Position numbers and translations under genes: made by a program. A model generated the notes under the pieces. It ran no database searches and was not told where the DNA came from. It worked only from the letters and a program-made list of their open reading frames with translations. DNA of 36,971 nucleotides from Cirrosporium novae-zelandiae. Its lineage: Eukaryota. Shown piece by piece: positions 25,585 to 36,971 of this stretch. Numbering within the stretch: the first letter of the stretch is position 1; each line of letters begins with the position of its first letter. The stretch is from contig JAPETS010000032.1 of assembly GCA_026023565.1 (NCBI GenBank), positions 310,001 to 346,971 of the forward strand, in the 5' to 3' direction.

Positions 25585-28062
25585 ATTTTTCGTAATGTCT
25601 TCAGCTTCCCCGCAAGGTCGATCGGTTTTGGATTTTCCTTCCCTATGTTGGTTTTGTTCTTGATTTGCTGACGTGAGATGCTGAGATAGGCTTAGCAAAT
25701 AGGATGATGTGGTAGTAGATACAATATTGGCGTATGGTCGACGACTTCTTCGAAGTCCAGCTCCAGGAAGACGACGATATAAAATGAAAACAGGATATAA
25801 ATTAGTATGGAGAGTCCGGCTGTCGAAAAAAGAAGAAGTAGGTAAAGGTTGGGTAGACGGGAGGAGTTTTGTCCCAAGAGCTTTAGACCAAGTCTTCTGA
25901 TTAATGGTGATAATGTCTAGGGTTCGGCAGTAGCATCAATGGATACCCTTGAAGTCTAGAGAAATTTGTTGGGTCAAAAGAGGTCGGATGGCTTGTTGGC
26001 GCAAAGGTCTGCACCTATGAGATGAGAGGGCGCGAAGAGGGGAGGTTGGATTGGAGCTTTGATAGGTGGAGGGGGGATGATGAGGGGTGATAGGGCGTCT
26101 AAATATAGCTGTATCTAGACAGTATGATTAGTAAATTTAGAAGTCTTTTTTTCATTTGAAATGCTTTGTCGCAGTATTTCAGACTCTCAACGTTGAAACA
26201 AATAAACCTCACCTTTACACGTTGACTAATTGATATTGATCAAGTTCCTATCATCCCGAAAGCATTACACATGAAGGTTGATTCACGTAGAATCATCCAA
26301 TTGTAAAAATCAAAAGGATGAAAGGTCCTCAGATAAAAAAGTAATAAGAGTAAAAAAATAATAAAATAAAAAAGGTAGGAAAGCGGTTAGGTGTTAAAGC
26401 TGGGCGCTTCAACTAGGTCTTTGTATGGATACAAAGATAGCGGGGAAAAGTGAACAGCTAAGAGTATAGTCAAGCATGTCAGCACTTTAGTCTGGGATAA
26501 ACGGCATGAAGGATGGCATCGATTCCCAATTATGGCTCCATGGATTTCAGCGCCAACGAAAGGTGGAAAAGGTGGAAAAGGTGGAAAAGGTGGTACGAAG
26601 GATGAGATGATTTGGTTTTTCAAGTGTGACGGGCTGCAGATGTCGAGGCAAAAGGATCCAATTAAAGCTTCAATTAAGCTGTTGCTCTCCATAATCTCTA
26701 ACTTTGTTTCCACTGGGCGCTTACACTGCCAACATTCACCAAACATCGTGATGATTGGTTTCTTGGATAATAGTAAATGAAACAATAGTTGATATTTGTT
26801 TTTCATCGAGATTCTTTGCTGTAAAAGTTGTCTTGAACCAACAGTTGGTATTGTGTATAAAGTCATAATTTAAAGTTATGAAAGTATAAAAGGGACAGTA
26901 GTGCAATCCTCACGGTAATACTAATTAGTGACATCATCATCACCACCACTACTGCCACCACCACCACCACCACCACCACATGGTAAGAAACAGCTGCACT
27001 GCCCTACCGCCAAAAAAAAAGCCAAAGTCATCTTTTCGAAGCAACACCTAAAATAAAATAAAAAAAATATAAAATATAATCAAAGCTAAATAACTTTCAT
27101 CCATCATTACCATTATATTATCATCATCACCAAATTACCTTCTAAAGACCAAAAAAAAAAAAAAAGTCTCGAATCTAACTTCAGAGCAAAATTGAATAGC
27201 GACAGCGACAGCTACAGCTACAACATCTCCTGCAATTAATTAGATATGTAGTGTAACATTCCAAAGTTAGCCCCTCCTCCGCATTATGCAAATAACCTTT
27301 CTTCCTTCATCCTTCATCATCATCATTATCGTCGTCGTCGTCACTCGACCTAACTACAGCTCAGCCCAGCTCAGCCCTCCCAAATAAATTCGCCCCAAAT
27401 GCAAGTACTTGGCCCTTACTTATGCATAAAAGAACATCCATCTGTAAACAGAATGACATACGTATCCTCGGAGTTCCAAAATAAAACAAAGGGATTACTT
27501 TTTCTTATATTTTTATCATCTATTATGCGACACCTTAATATCGACATGTGCCCTTGGTTCATGCTTCCCAATCAAAATATCAGCTGATTTATAAATACAG
27601 TACATGCCATATTAATTCCATTTTGAAACATAATAATCATAGCAGCCTCATCTATAGATGTTTGATATAATCGAACTTCCTAAATAAGCTTAGCATGTCA
27701 AGGGCTGTGTCTCGGTGGCCAAACTCCGCTACTTTCAGATGCAATTTCAACCAACGCCTATGTCCTATAAGTTATAATGGAAGTGTACTATAAGTCTTCA
27801 ACCCCAAGACTAGTGGAATATGGAGGACTATACTTGGGCAAGGCTCGTGTAACCCGATTCCCCAGGCGTCTAAATGGCGTGCGCCACGTATCAGGCAGGA
27901 CAACCCTTCAAACAGCCTTGCTTTTAGCTTTTCATTAAGTACATATAACTTTAGGTAGTCGAAAAGAGCCTGGTGATATCAATGTCTTAGTGTTGCGATT
28001 CTTCTATTTAGATACTTGATTACTCTCCGTCTCCCCATAGTGAACGATTGCTGTTTCCACGA

Positions 28063-31000
28063 ATGGCGGCAGTTTCATTGGCTCCGAGTCAGCAAAAGTA
28101 AGGACGTGTGCTCTGTCTCATGTGTTTCTCGACTCACTGGAAGTAGTTCAGTTCAAAGACAAGCTATAGAAAAGGCTCGGTTGACCTTTTCACGTCTACC
28201 GAATGGAGACGCAATATTTAGGCAGTGCGTTGATCACTCCGAGACGGTCGTTGATGTGTTCGAAGAGGTTACTCGGAGACATCGCTCTCATCAAAGTAGA
28301 ACGTCTACGAGATTGCTTCAGCGGTTTGGAAACCTTACATATTGGCTGCAAAGCATTTCTAGAGCGGTTGACGTTGCAGTACAAACGCAAGCTGGAATAG
28401 GATGTCCACTCTGGGCACCTATTAAATTCGTTCTCATGGTAAAATCCCATATTCTATTAAGGTTGATCGGACGTGCTGAAGACATTATGAGGTCTCAGAT
28501 AGCCATACACAGGCTGCGCAGTACATCCTCAACTTGATAGAGACTATATCGGATAATCTCCCCCGCCTCAAGCTCTATGAGGAAATGAAATCGGATAACA
28601 TTTTACAAACGGCTCTTTTAAACGTGTTCACAGACATTGTCGAATTCTCCGTAAAAGCAGTGCAATACTTTGGTCGAGGAACCCTAGGTCTGTATTCTAT
28701 TTATCGATTAACTATGGTGGCTGACGATAGCTGGCATGCAAGTACGTTTAAGTAGACTTATTTTGCATCCAACCAAAGAGGAGTTTAGAGATATCACGGA
28801 ACGCATTGTGAGACACGCCAAAATTGTAGACCACGTGGCTGTTGCGACTGAGCTTATAAAAGCTGATAAATCCCGGAAAGGTACACTTTTCATGTCCGTA
28901 TGTAGCTTTCAGTAAAGCTGATGGTTGCCCAGAAACTCGACTAAGACAGGAGCAAAATCTGCAGCTGCAGTGTGAAGGATGGCTGAGACCATCAAACGCT
29001 CGAGTGATCCAGCAAGATCAAGCTCAGAAAAGGCTTTCCGGGACCTGTGAATGGATTTGGACCAACAGAATGTTCATGGATTGGTATACTGCGCCGTCCT
29101 TATCAGCTTCAGACAAGCTTATGTGCATCTGCGGGACTCACGGTTGTGGCAAAAGCGTTCTAGCCTCCTTCATTATCGATCGCCTGTGGAAAAACCAATT
29201 GCACGCTTTATTCTTCGCATTCTCTGGCACGAATGCTAATCAGCAGAATTTGGATGGATTGATTCGTTCACTTCTATGGCAGTTACTGCAAACCACCGCT
29301 AGCGAGAAAAGTGTCGGCATACTCCATAGCTTGATGTTGAGGGGCCGACCTCTAACTTCTGAGCTGTGGGAGGTCTTTAACAAGATGGCCGTATTCGTCA
29401 CGGAGCCAGTTTACTGCGTGGTCGATGGGGTTGATGAGTGCAAGGACGCAATCCAGGAACTGATCCGGAACATTTTCAACTTCCTCAATGCTCATTCCAA
29501 TTTTCGCTTCATCTTGCTCGGCCGTCCACACGCATTTCAAGCGGTGGATTCCATCCGCCATACACTTGAGATATGTCCTGCTTTGACTGAAGGGGATATT
29601 GATACAGTTATTGAGACCAGAATAGTTAAGTCTAAAATCCTTAGTCTGCCAAAATTGCGGGATACCATCTTCAAAACTCTTCGGGAGCAGTCGGATGGGA
29701 ATTTTCTTTGGATTAAGCTCATGCTTGGGCAACTAAATAGGTCGCTTACACTGGCTGAAGTGTCGATGAGACTGCATAATTTGCCACATGACCTTGAAGC
29801 GGCATATGAAGATTTTATTTTAGAGCTCGTCGAGAGGCTAGATCCCTCGGAATTAGACCTTGCTCGGAAAGTTTTAGCGTTCATAACTGTCTCCCAACGT
29901 CCGTTAAGTCTGAACGAGTTCCAGCATTTACACGCTGCGGATGCCATGTCCATTTGTCCACATGAAAATGATTCATTTCAGGACCATCTCCTTCTGGAGC
30001 CACGCAGAATCTTAGACGTCTGTGGTGATCTTATCAACATCACGGACGGTCGTTTGCGGCTAGTACACTTCTCCGTCAAGGAGTTTCTAGTCAGACCCGA
30101 AACTCAATGGCTACAGGGCAATAGTCGCAAAATAATGCGCTTTCGGGTACCTTTAGAAGACACGCATCGTTCGTTTGGTGCTGCGTGCGCGGAGTACCTT
30201 AAAACGAGTGACTATGGTTCTCTATTAAATGACTCGGACACCTCTCCGAGACTCGAGAAATACTATCCCTTCCTGGATTATTCGTCTAGGTATATGATTA
30301 CCCATCTAAACCAATCTGGCCCACCTTCAGCACCTATACTTGAGAAAATTGACAGATTTCTAAGCTCAGATAGATTTATATCTTGGCTAGAACTCTTTGT
30401 TATGAATATAGTTGAAGATGAATCTCTCCATTCTCAAGCCGATGAGTTTCAGATGTTTGGGGATTGGCTGGACAATGACTGGCGTCCGGAAAAACTTTCT
30501 GTCAGCAAGGTTTCAGCCCGTCTAGAGGGTGAACTTACGAAGCGAACACAACAATATGGGCAAAATGATTCGCGCGCTGAGCAACTACGACTATTCCTTG
30601 GCATTTTAAAAGACACCAACACATTGCCCAACAGTCGAGGCAGTCAAGCTGCAGGTACTTGTGCAGCTGAGAGTTTAGGAGGATCAACGGACATTTCACC
30701 GATACTGCACATACTTCGCAACGAGGTTCCGCTCCCGCTACAGTTAAAGGTTAATCTACTTCTCAGACTACAGTACTATCTCCAAAAAGTCCAAGTACTT
30801 ACCGACCCCTTGAAAATCTTATTCCGCCTCATACTACAGAAGGCGTCGGTCATCCCAGTCTATGCACTTCTTCTTATTGGTGATTTCTACCGGAAAGTCA
30901 ATAAGTTTGAACAGGCTCTTGACATTTACTCTGCGGCCCTTACGAAGATGAACACTCAGGAGACGCCAACGAAATTTCTTGTACTTCACTTAACTGGCCG

Positions 31001-32305
31001 CACCTACTCCGATCTCAGTCAGCATGATGAAGCTTTAGAGTATTTTAACAAAGCCCTAACAGGACGAAAAAAAATACTAGAGCCAGAACATAGAGATATT
31101 CTAGCCACAATATATTGGATAGGCATTACTCATTATAAGTTCGGTCAACTTAACAAAGCTTTGGAATATTTGGGAAAATCTCTAATAGGAAGAGAGAAAG
31201 TACTAGGGCCAAAACACGAAAGTACACTATCTTCAGTACATTGGATAGGCAGTATTTATTTCGAGCTCGGTCAATATAATAAAGCTTTGGAATATTTCGA
31301 AAAAGCCTTGGCAGGAGAAGAAAAAGTGCTAGGGCCAGAACATAAAGACACACTGTCTTCAATATCTTGGATAGGTTCGACCTATTATGAACTCGGTCAA
31401 TTTAACAAAGCTTTGGAATATTTCGAAAAATTCCTAATAGGAAGAGAGGAAGTACTGGGGTCAGAATACAAGAGCATACTATGGTCAGTATGTCGGGCAG
31501 GCAGTACTTATTATGAGCTCGGTCAGTATAACAAAGCTTTAGAATATTTCGAAAGAGCTTTGGTAGAACAAGAAAAGGTGCCAGGGTTAGAACACGAAGA
31601 TATACTGCCTTTAGTATATTGGACGGGTATTACTTACTATAGGCTTAACCAAAATAATAAAGCTTTAGAGTATATGAAAAAATTTCTAGCAGGATATGAA
31701 AAACTATTTGGGCAAGAGAATGAAAAGACTCTGTGGACAGTATACCAGATAGGAATTGTCTACGACCATCTCGAACAGTATGACGAAGCTTTAGAATACT
31801 ATCAAAAAGCTCTAGCAGGAAGAGAGAAGGTGCTAGGACCAGAACACGAGGATACTTTGGAGGTAGCTGCTGATTTAAGGGAGCTTCAAGAGAAACTATC
31901 CGATATGGAATCATCTATGTAAGTTCTCTCCCAGTAATGGTTAGGTTCGATAATTACCAGGAAACAACTGACGGAGTTATAGGGAGCTCCAGGGGGAACT
32001 ATCCGATATGGAACCGTCTATGTATATTTTCCTACAAAAAAATAACCAAGTTCTAGAATTATGAAAAATATATCTAACGGAACTATAGGGAGTGTCAAGA
32101 GACGCTGTCTGACACGGAATCGTTTGGGTATGTTTTTTCTGTAGAGACGGACCATATTTGAGAATTACCGGCAAACAACTAACGGGATCATAGGAGGCTT
32201 CAAGAGACGCTATCTAACGCGGAACCGTCTGGGTGAGTTTTCCTCCAAAGACAACCACCTCCTACAATCATCACCACAGCGATTTAACGAAGTTATAGCG
32301 ATTAA
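28063..32305 (+). CDS. Fungal NLR-like STAND protein: helical N-terminal domain + NACHT NTPase + TPR repeats, with a microexon-encoded C-terminal tail
   Basis: ATG at 28063; introns about 28098-28146, 28439-28491, 28688-28730 (or 28742) and 28881-28932. Motifs LWAPIKFVL, GTCEWI, Walker A GTHGCGKS, Walker B VVDGVDEC, SDGNFLW, LHNLPHDL and LVHFSVKEFL, followed by 42-aa TPRs. The unspliced ORF stops at 31922; four further introns extend it to a TAA at 32303-32305. Confidence 0.88.
31030..31870 (+). repeat. 126-bp coding tandem repeat (TPR units, about 7 copies)
   Basis: The anchor AAGCTT recurs at 31030, 31156, 31282, 31408, 31534, 31660 and 31786, an exact 126-nt spacing. Confidence 0.95.
31880..32298 (+). 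repeat. Four tandem ~105-bp units, each a 39-nt exon segment plus a 64-67-nt intron
   Basis: Units begin at 31880, 31983, 32089 and 32194. Each has a donor (GTAAGT, GTATAT, GTATGT, GTGAGT), a branch site (CTGAC, CTAAC, CTAAC, TTAAC) and an ATAG acceptor. Confidence 0.85.
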
Positions 32306-33959
32306 AGGCAGCCGCCTATCCCCCGCCTAGAAGAGGTATAGTTTTCCATTTTAGGCCCCGAAACCCACCATCACCACCATCACCACCACCATGATACTAT
32401 CCATCATAATAGCCAGGAGAACAATGACGGTTGGGTCATGCGCAAGGGACCAGTCTTCAAGTCAGAACTGCGGAAAGATGGGATAGGGAGAAACGGAAGT
32501 CAATGGATCTAATTAACAGCGAAAGGCCAAAAGCTGAAAGGATTGATCGATGAAGGGGAATGGAAGTCCACGAAAGTTCACGGAGTTCACGGGGTTCATC
32601 ATGGTTATTAGATAGTTGGATTTGGTTTGATTGGTTGGTTTGGATTTGTCTGGTTTTGTTTGGTTCCATTTGGTTTTGTTCCATTTGCCGCATTGCATCA
32701 ATACTTGCTTATATATAATATAATATAATGTAATGCAATCACCTTCACCTTTTACATCCAATTCCAACCCCAACTCCAACCATTAAAAAAAAACAACATA
32801 GAAAGGAAGGACCCTTTGGAGCTAAGAAGGCAGTGTTGTAAAAGATCCAGGGAAAAACCAAGACAGCTAGAGAAAGAAAAAAAAATACAAGCAAACATTA
32901 CACACACACACACACACACCTCAGAGAGCTTTCTTAATTAACTCAAACAAGAGCCCAAGTCCAAATCAAATCAAGGTTTTTCAAATAATATAAAATTCTT
33001 TTTTTTTTTTTTTTTTTTTTCCTTTCCTTGACTTATAAACCAAATAACTTTAAAACTTTCACTATAACTTATGTATATAGTAAGTTGGTATATTTCTCTC
33101 TCTGCTCCTAAACAACTTAAAAAAAAGGATAATAATACTATGCCATGCTCATACTTTCAAAACTAATACCTATATAAAAAAAAATAAAAAAAAAAATAAC
33201 ATAAGACTAAATTTGCATATACATACATACATACATACATATACATACATATATATATATATGCACAAAAAAAAAAAAGGTATAAAGGTTCTTATGAATT
33301 CCGAGAATATATGTTTGGACTTTCTTTCTTTCTGTAGAGAAGATATATGATAATAAAAAAAGGAAAAATGAATATCCCTTAAAAAAACACCTTTCCATGC
33401 TCCTTGCTCCTTGTCCCTTATCCTTTGCCCTTATCCTTGGGGGTAATAACGGGAAAAAAAAAAGAAAAAAAAGAAAGAAAAAAAAAATGATGGAAAAAAA
33501 AAAAAATAACTTGGAGACTCCAACACACTCCTTTTCACCAAAATGTAGTAAGTTAGTTATTCCCCCATCCCCCGCCTTTGGTGTAATCCATACCCATATG
33601 CCTTAATCGTATCCCATGATGATTCCATTTTAAAAACGTGTGTGTGTTTGTGGCAAGTTGCAGTGCAGTGCAAGTGAAAATAGTGAAAAGAAAAAAAAAA
33701 CCCCCAGTTTGCAGGTGTTGGTACAGTTTGCCTTCCCAAACTCCTCCTCCCCCCTCCTTTCCTTTCTCCCTTGGAAATCAAATTCCCATATGTTAATTCT
33801 GCCAATTTGGTTATTCCCCCCAAAACGCCATTGCGCAAATAACGATGGAAACGGTCAATAGCAAAAAATGATTTTCGGTCTCTTTTTTCGTCTCATTTCG
33901 TCACAATGTATACATCCGCTCCCTTTCCTTTCTTCCTGCTCCGCTGTTTCGCGTGCTTG

Positions 33960-35993
33960 CTACCGCGGACCTTGACTACTCAATGCTGCAATTTGGGCCT
34001 GTTGCTGCGTTACCATACCACCCAGACGTCCAACTTCATTTTGCAACGTCAATATCTTTTCCTCCAAGCCCCTGATATAGCTCCATAGTCCCTCATTCCC
34101 TGGTTGCACGCTAAACATGTTTGGCTGGAGATTTGGATTAATATTTGGGTTAGCGTTTTGCTGCGTGCTTTGAGGATTCGATATCGACGAGATGGTTGAA
34201 GCTGTATCACCACTTCCATGAGATTGGGGAGGTGGACGAGCGACGGTGCCATGGCTGGATGTGCTATTATTGGTAGAAGGGGGATATGAATTTGTGATGA
34301 TGGAGCTGGGTTGTGGTGGGTGGGAAGATGGTAGCGATTGTTGGCTATGTAACGTATATCTCGGATCCGAGCTGGTAAGACTAGGGAGAGACGGTAACTG
34401 TGGAGCTGTACTCATTGATGGCAGACCGACCGGAGGAGGAGGAGTACGGTTGCTAGCACGACGACCCATCTGTTGTTGATGAAATTGTTGGGTGAAGCTT
34501 GGAGAACGGTTGCGGTTGATATTGTTATCATGAGGCTGCGGAGGAGGGGCATGCCCTGCAGCTGGTGAAAGAGGTTTAGGACTTTCAGTCATACCACCTT
34601 GAGCAAAAACAGGCGGTGCACCAGGTTGATGATATTGAGTTGGACCGCTAGGAGCTGGTGGGAAAGGTATGGTGCTGGATTGAGATCCGGGAGACGTTGA
34701 TGCGCTGGACATGCCGGTTGGAGGAGGATAAAGACTTCCTGTGGCTTGCCGAACAGGAGGATAGGTACTAGGCGACCGTTGGTAATGCATATGTCCAGGA
34801 GGTGCTTGAATCTGAGGATCGGCTGGATGCCGTTTAATGGTCGGTAGACTTTTTCTTCGATCATTGTCATCCATCTCCTTTGGGTCTGTAGTATATACCA
34901 ATCCTTCCATCTCATCATGTTGGTCATGTTCTGGCTCTGCATATTTCTCCTCGGTCCCAAAACCACCCATGCTCGATCTTCTTCCCGCACAACCTCCGGC
35001 TCCTTTATTATGTCTTGCGAGAGCATCACCCCTGGCAAAGCTTCGACCACATTTCCCGCAGACGTGAGGTCTCTCTCCGGTATGCAATTTGGTGTGCCGT
35101 TTGAGGTCATGCAGACGTCGGAACCTCTGATCACATTGCTGGCAAACATACGGCTTCTCTTGACTATGAGTAAGCAGATGGCTCTTGAGATTATGATGAC
35201 GCGTAAACTCTGTTGAACAATATGGACATTTATGTTTTTTGGTCGATGGTGACCTGGGACTGGTTTGTCTCGTAACCGAATGCGGAAGACTCATACCTCG
35301 ACGTGGATCGTTTCCCATTTGAGCACTCAGCAGAGGGCCTGGGTACGAAAATGCTTTGTTGTCGTGGGAAGGTTCTGCTCCTGACGTCTGGACATTGTGG
35401 TCGAGGTCTGTAATTTGTCCGGGGCTTGCGACGGTGACATTTGCCGTCACCGTTACTCCCGTCGCGCTATCCAATGTACCCGTGGTGTCAAAACTTGAGA
35501 GACTGACCGGACTGGTCTGGGAAGTATTATCTCCGTGTGCATCCTCAGGAATGTGTAAAGACTTGGCTACATCGGTCATGGGTTCGCTCAGGGTTTTGGC
35601 TGGATTCGGCGCCTCGTCTGGATTGCTCATGGGAGCCTCTCGCACCTCCATTAATGCTGTCAGGGCCTGATGTCGTGGATTGGGACTTGTCTTTTGAGAT
35701 TCGAGTTTCCGCTGCTCATCCTGCCTTCGTCGCTCATCAGCCATCGCAGCTGCTGCCGTCATGGATGGCGCTGTAAATGATCCAGTCTTTGGGATTTTTG
35801 TCAGGCTCGGTCCTGGAGATTTCCTTAACCCTGCACTCGCAATGTCACTCAGATTCGGGGACGCGGGTCGTTTGCGAGGGGTCTTGGGACTTGGCTTGAG
35901 AAATTGCGTCGAGTCGGAGGTGGACTGGATGGGAGATGATGCGATCGAGGCAGGAGTTGTTGCTGGTGCTGTTGTTGGTATCGCCTCTGCCAT
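33960..35993 (-). CDS. C2H2 zinc-finger transcription factor (three fingers, C-terminal coiled coil)
   Basis: Single long ORF with its first ATG at 35993. Fingers: HKCPYCSTEFTRHHNLKSHLLTH-SQEKP-YVCQQCDQRFRRLHDLKRHTKLH-TGERP-HVCGKCGRSFARGDALARH. P/Q/S-rich region and an LWSYIRGLEEKILTLQNEV coiled coil. Confidence 0.92.
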   Translation of the reverse strand: MAEAIPTTAPATTPASIASSPIQSTSDSTQFLKPSPKTPRKRPASPNLSDIASAGLRKSPGPSLTKIPKTGSFTAPSMTAAAAMADERRRQDEQRKLESQKTSPNPRHQALTALMEVREAPMSNPDEAPNPAKTLSEPMTDVAKSLHIPEDAHGDNTSQTSPVSLSSFDTTGTLDSATGVTVTANVTVASPGQITDLDHNVQTSGAEPSHDNKAFSYPGPLLSAQMGNDPRRGMSLPHSVTRQTSPRSPSTKKHKCPYCSTEFTRHHNLKSHLLTHSQEKPYVCQQCDQRFRRLHDLKRHTKLHTGERPHVCGKCGRSFARGDALARHNKGAGGCAGRRSSMGGFGTEEKYAEPEHDQHDEMEGLVYTTDPKEMDDNDRRKSLPTIKRHPADPQIQAPPGHMHYQRSPSTYPPVRQATGSLYPPPTGMSSASTSPGSQSSTIPFPPAPSGPTQYHQPGAPPVFAQGGMTESPKPLSPAAGHAPPPQPHDNNINRNRSPSFTQQFHQQQMGRRASNRTPPPPVGLPSMSTAPQLPSLPSLTSSDPRYTLHSQQSLPSSHPPQPSSIITNSYPPSTNNSTSSHGTVARPPPQSHGSGDTASTISSISNPQSTQQNANPNINPNLQPNMFSVQPGNEGLWSYIRGLEEKILTLQNEVGRLGGMVTQQQAQIAALSSQGPR

Positions 35994-36930
35994 AGGCAAT
36001 TAGGTCAAGGCATTCAATTTTTTAACGTATGATGTGGCAATCTAAGGGACTGGAAAATGGTGTCAACCTATGAAACTGGTTAGCTTTTCGACAGCGATAA
36101 TAATCAAAAACAAGCGCCGTTTGGGTTCAAGTCAGTCTAATGTTGTGGATGATTTGGACGTTGTAGATGCATATCGCGAGAGGCAGCTCCATATCATGCC
36201 GAATGATGTTGTGGCGCAAGGATTGCCCTTAGTGACGTCCACCTCTCACAGGACGGCTGACCAATTGCGCGCAAAGGTCAATTTCCAGATATAGTGGATT
36301 CCGGGCGCAAAATACTAAGGATAAAGTGCAAATGAAGAGGAAGCTTTGCATACTCTTGTTGTTTCTTGAATGTGGCTCACCGAAGGATGTGGCGCGACAA
36401 CGTTGGATGTGTGGATGCCAGGCACAGGATACAACGCAGTACCGACCCAATCCGAGAATAATGATTGATTCCAAGACTTTTTTTTTTTTCCTAAGAAGAC
36501 GTAGGTGTTGAACCAAAGGAAGAATATAGATAGTTGATAGATATGTTGTTTATTATTTCATGTCAAAGTCCAAAGTATTTTTGTGTTGTTTGGAAAATGA
36601 ACGATTCGGATGGTTCGAGGTCGCGAGGGAAGTATAGGGTGGAATAGGTGGAAGCTCGACCGAAGCGTGTACGGGGCCGAGCAAAAGTCTTGATCGGAAT
36701 GAAGCAGACAAGTAATGTTTCCGAAGAAATCAGTCCAAAAAAAGACTGAAGGGTTTGCGCATGAGGCGATGAGGTTGAATTAGGACAGCTGAGATAATCT
36801 TGGAGCAATTGTCAGCGTCGACAAGCTTTTGCGCTGGAGAAGGAGTGGAAGAGATGCGATGATGGCGGCTCTGCATTTGCGCGGGTGATGACTTTGCGAA
36901 GTAACGGAAGTTACTTAGGTGCGATTGGAT

Positions 36931-36932
<2 letters not shown>

Positions 36933-36969
<37 letters not shown>
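36933..36969. repeat. Poly-G homopolymer (37 nt)
   Basis: Read directly at the end of the window. Confidence 0.95.
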
Positions 36970-36970
<1 letters not shown>

Positions 36971-36971
36971 G

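Noticed and set aside
26387..26866. 159-aa minus-strand ORF with PPF repeats
   Set aside because: Partly held open by a GGTGGAAAA x3 repeat; no family motifs.
32305..32330. Helitron-like 3' end (small hairpin plus CTAG) bounding the NLR block
   Set aside because: The stem is only about 4 bp, CTAG is not followed by T, and no matching 5' end or Rep/helicase is visible.
36933..36969. Poly-G as a functional G-quadruplex
   Set aside because: Homopolymers are common throughout this window, and a run at the window edge may reflect sequencing or assembly error.
1..36971. tRNA, rRNA, snRNA genes or transposase/reverse-transcriptase remnants
   Set aside because: No cloverleaf with a T-loop, conserved RNA signature or transposon ORF was recognised by eye; tRNAscan-SE, Infernal and RepeatMasker would be needed to exclude them.

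Overview
Intron-containing fungal DNA (filamentous ascomycete, Pezizomycotina-type genes and splice signals). I spliced 12 protein-coding genes by hand. In order: a 5'-truncated Rgd2/Rga8-type RhoGAP (+), cdc6 (-), a UBX/UAS Cdc48 adaptor (+), a GCK-III Ste20-like kinase (+), a zinc deaminase with a signal peptide (-), a divergent XanA-like Fe(II)/2-oxoglutarate dioxygenase (+, first intron probably GC-AG), a DHA2 MFS transporter (+), phosphomannomutase (+), a CCDC90/FMP32 protein (+), a ham-8-like MARVEL protein (-), an NLR-like NACHT-TPR gene (+) and a C2H2 transcription factor (-). Intergenic DNA is rich in microsatellites and includes a ~480 bp heptamer satellite. Two observations stand out. 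(1) The apparent stop codon of the NLR lies inside a splice donor, and is followed by three tandemly duplicated 39-nt microexon+intron units that extend the C-terminus. (2) The deaminase, XanA-like dioxygenase and MFS genes may form a purine or purine-analogue conversion module. I could not support any tRNA, rRNA, CRISPR array or intact transposon. All family calls rest on motif recognition from memory; no searches were run.
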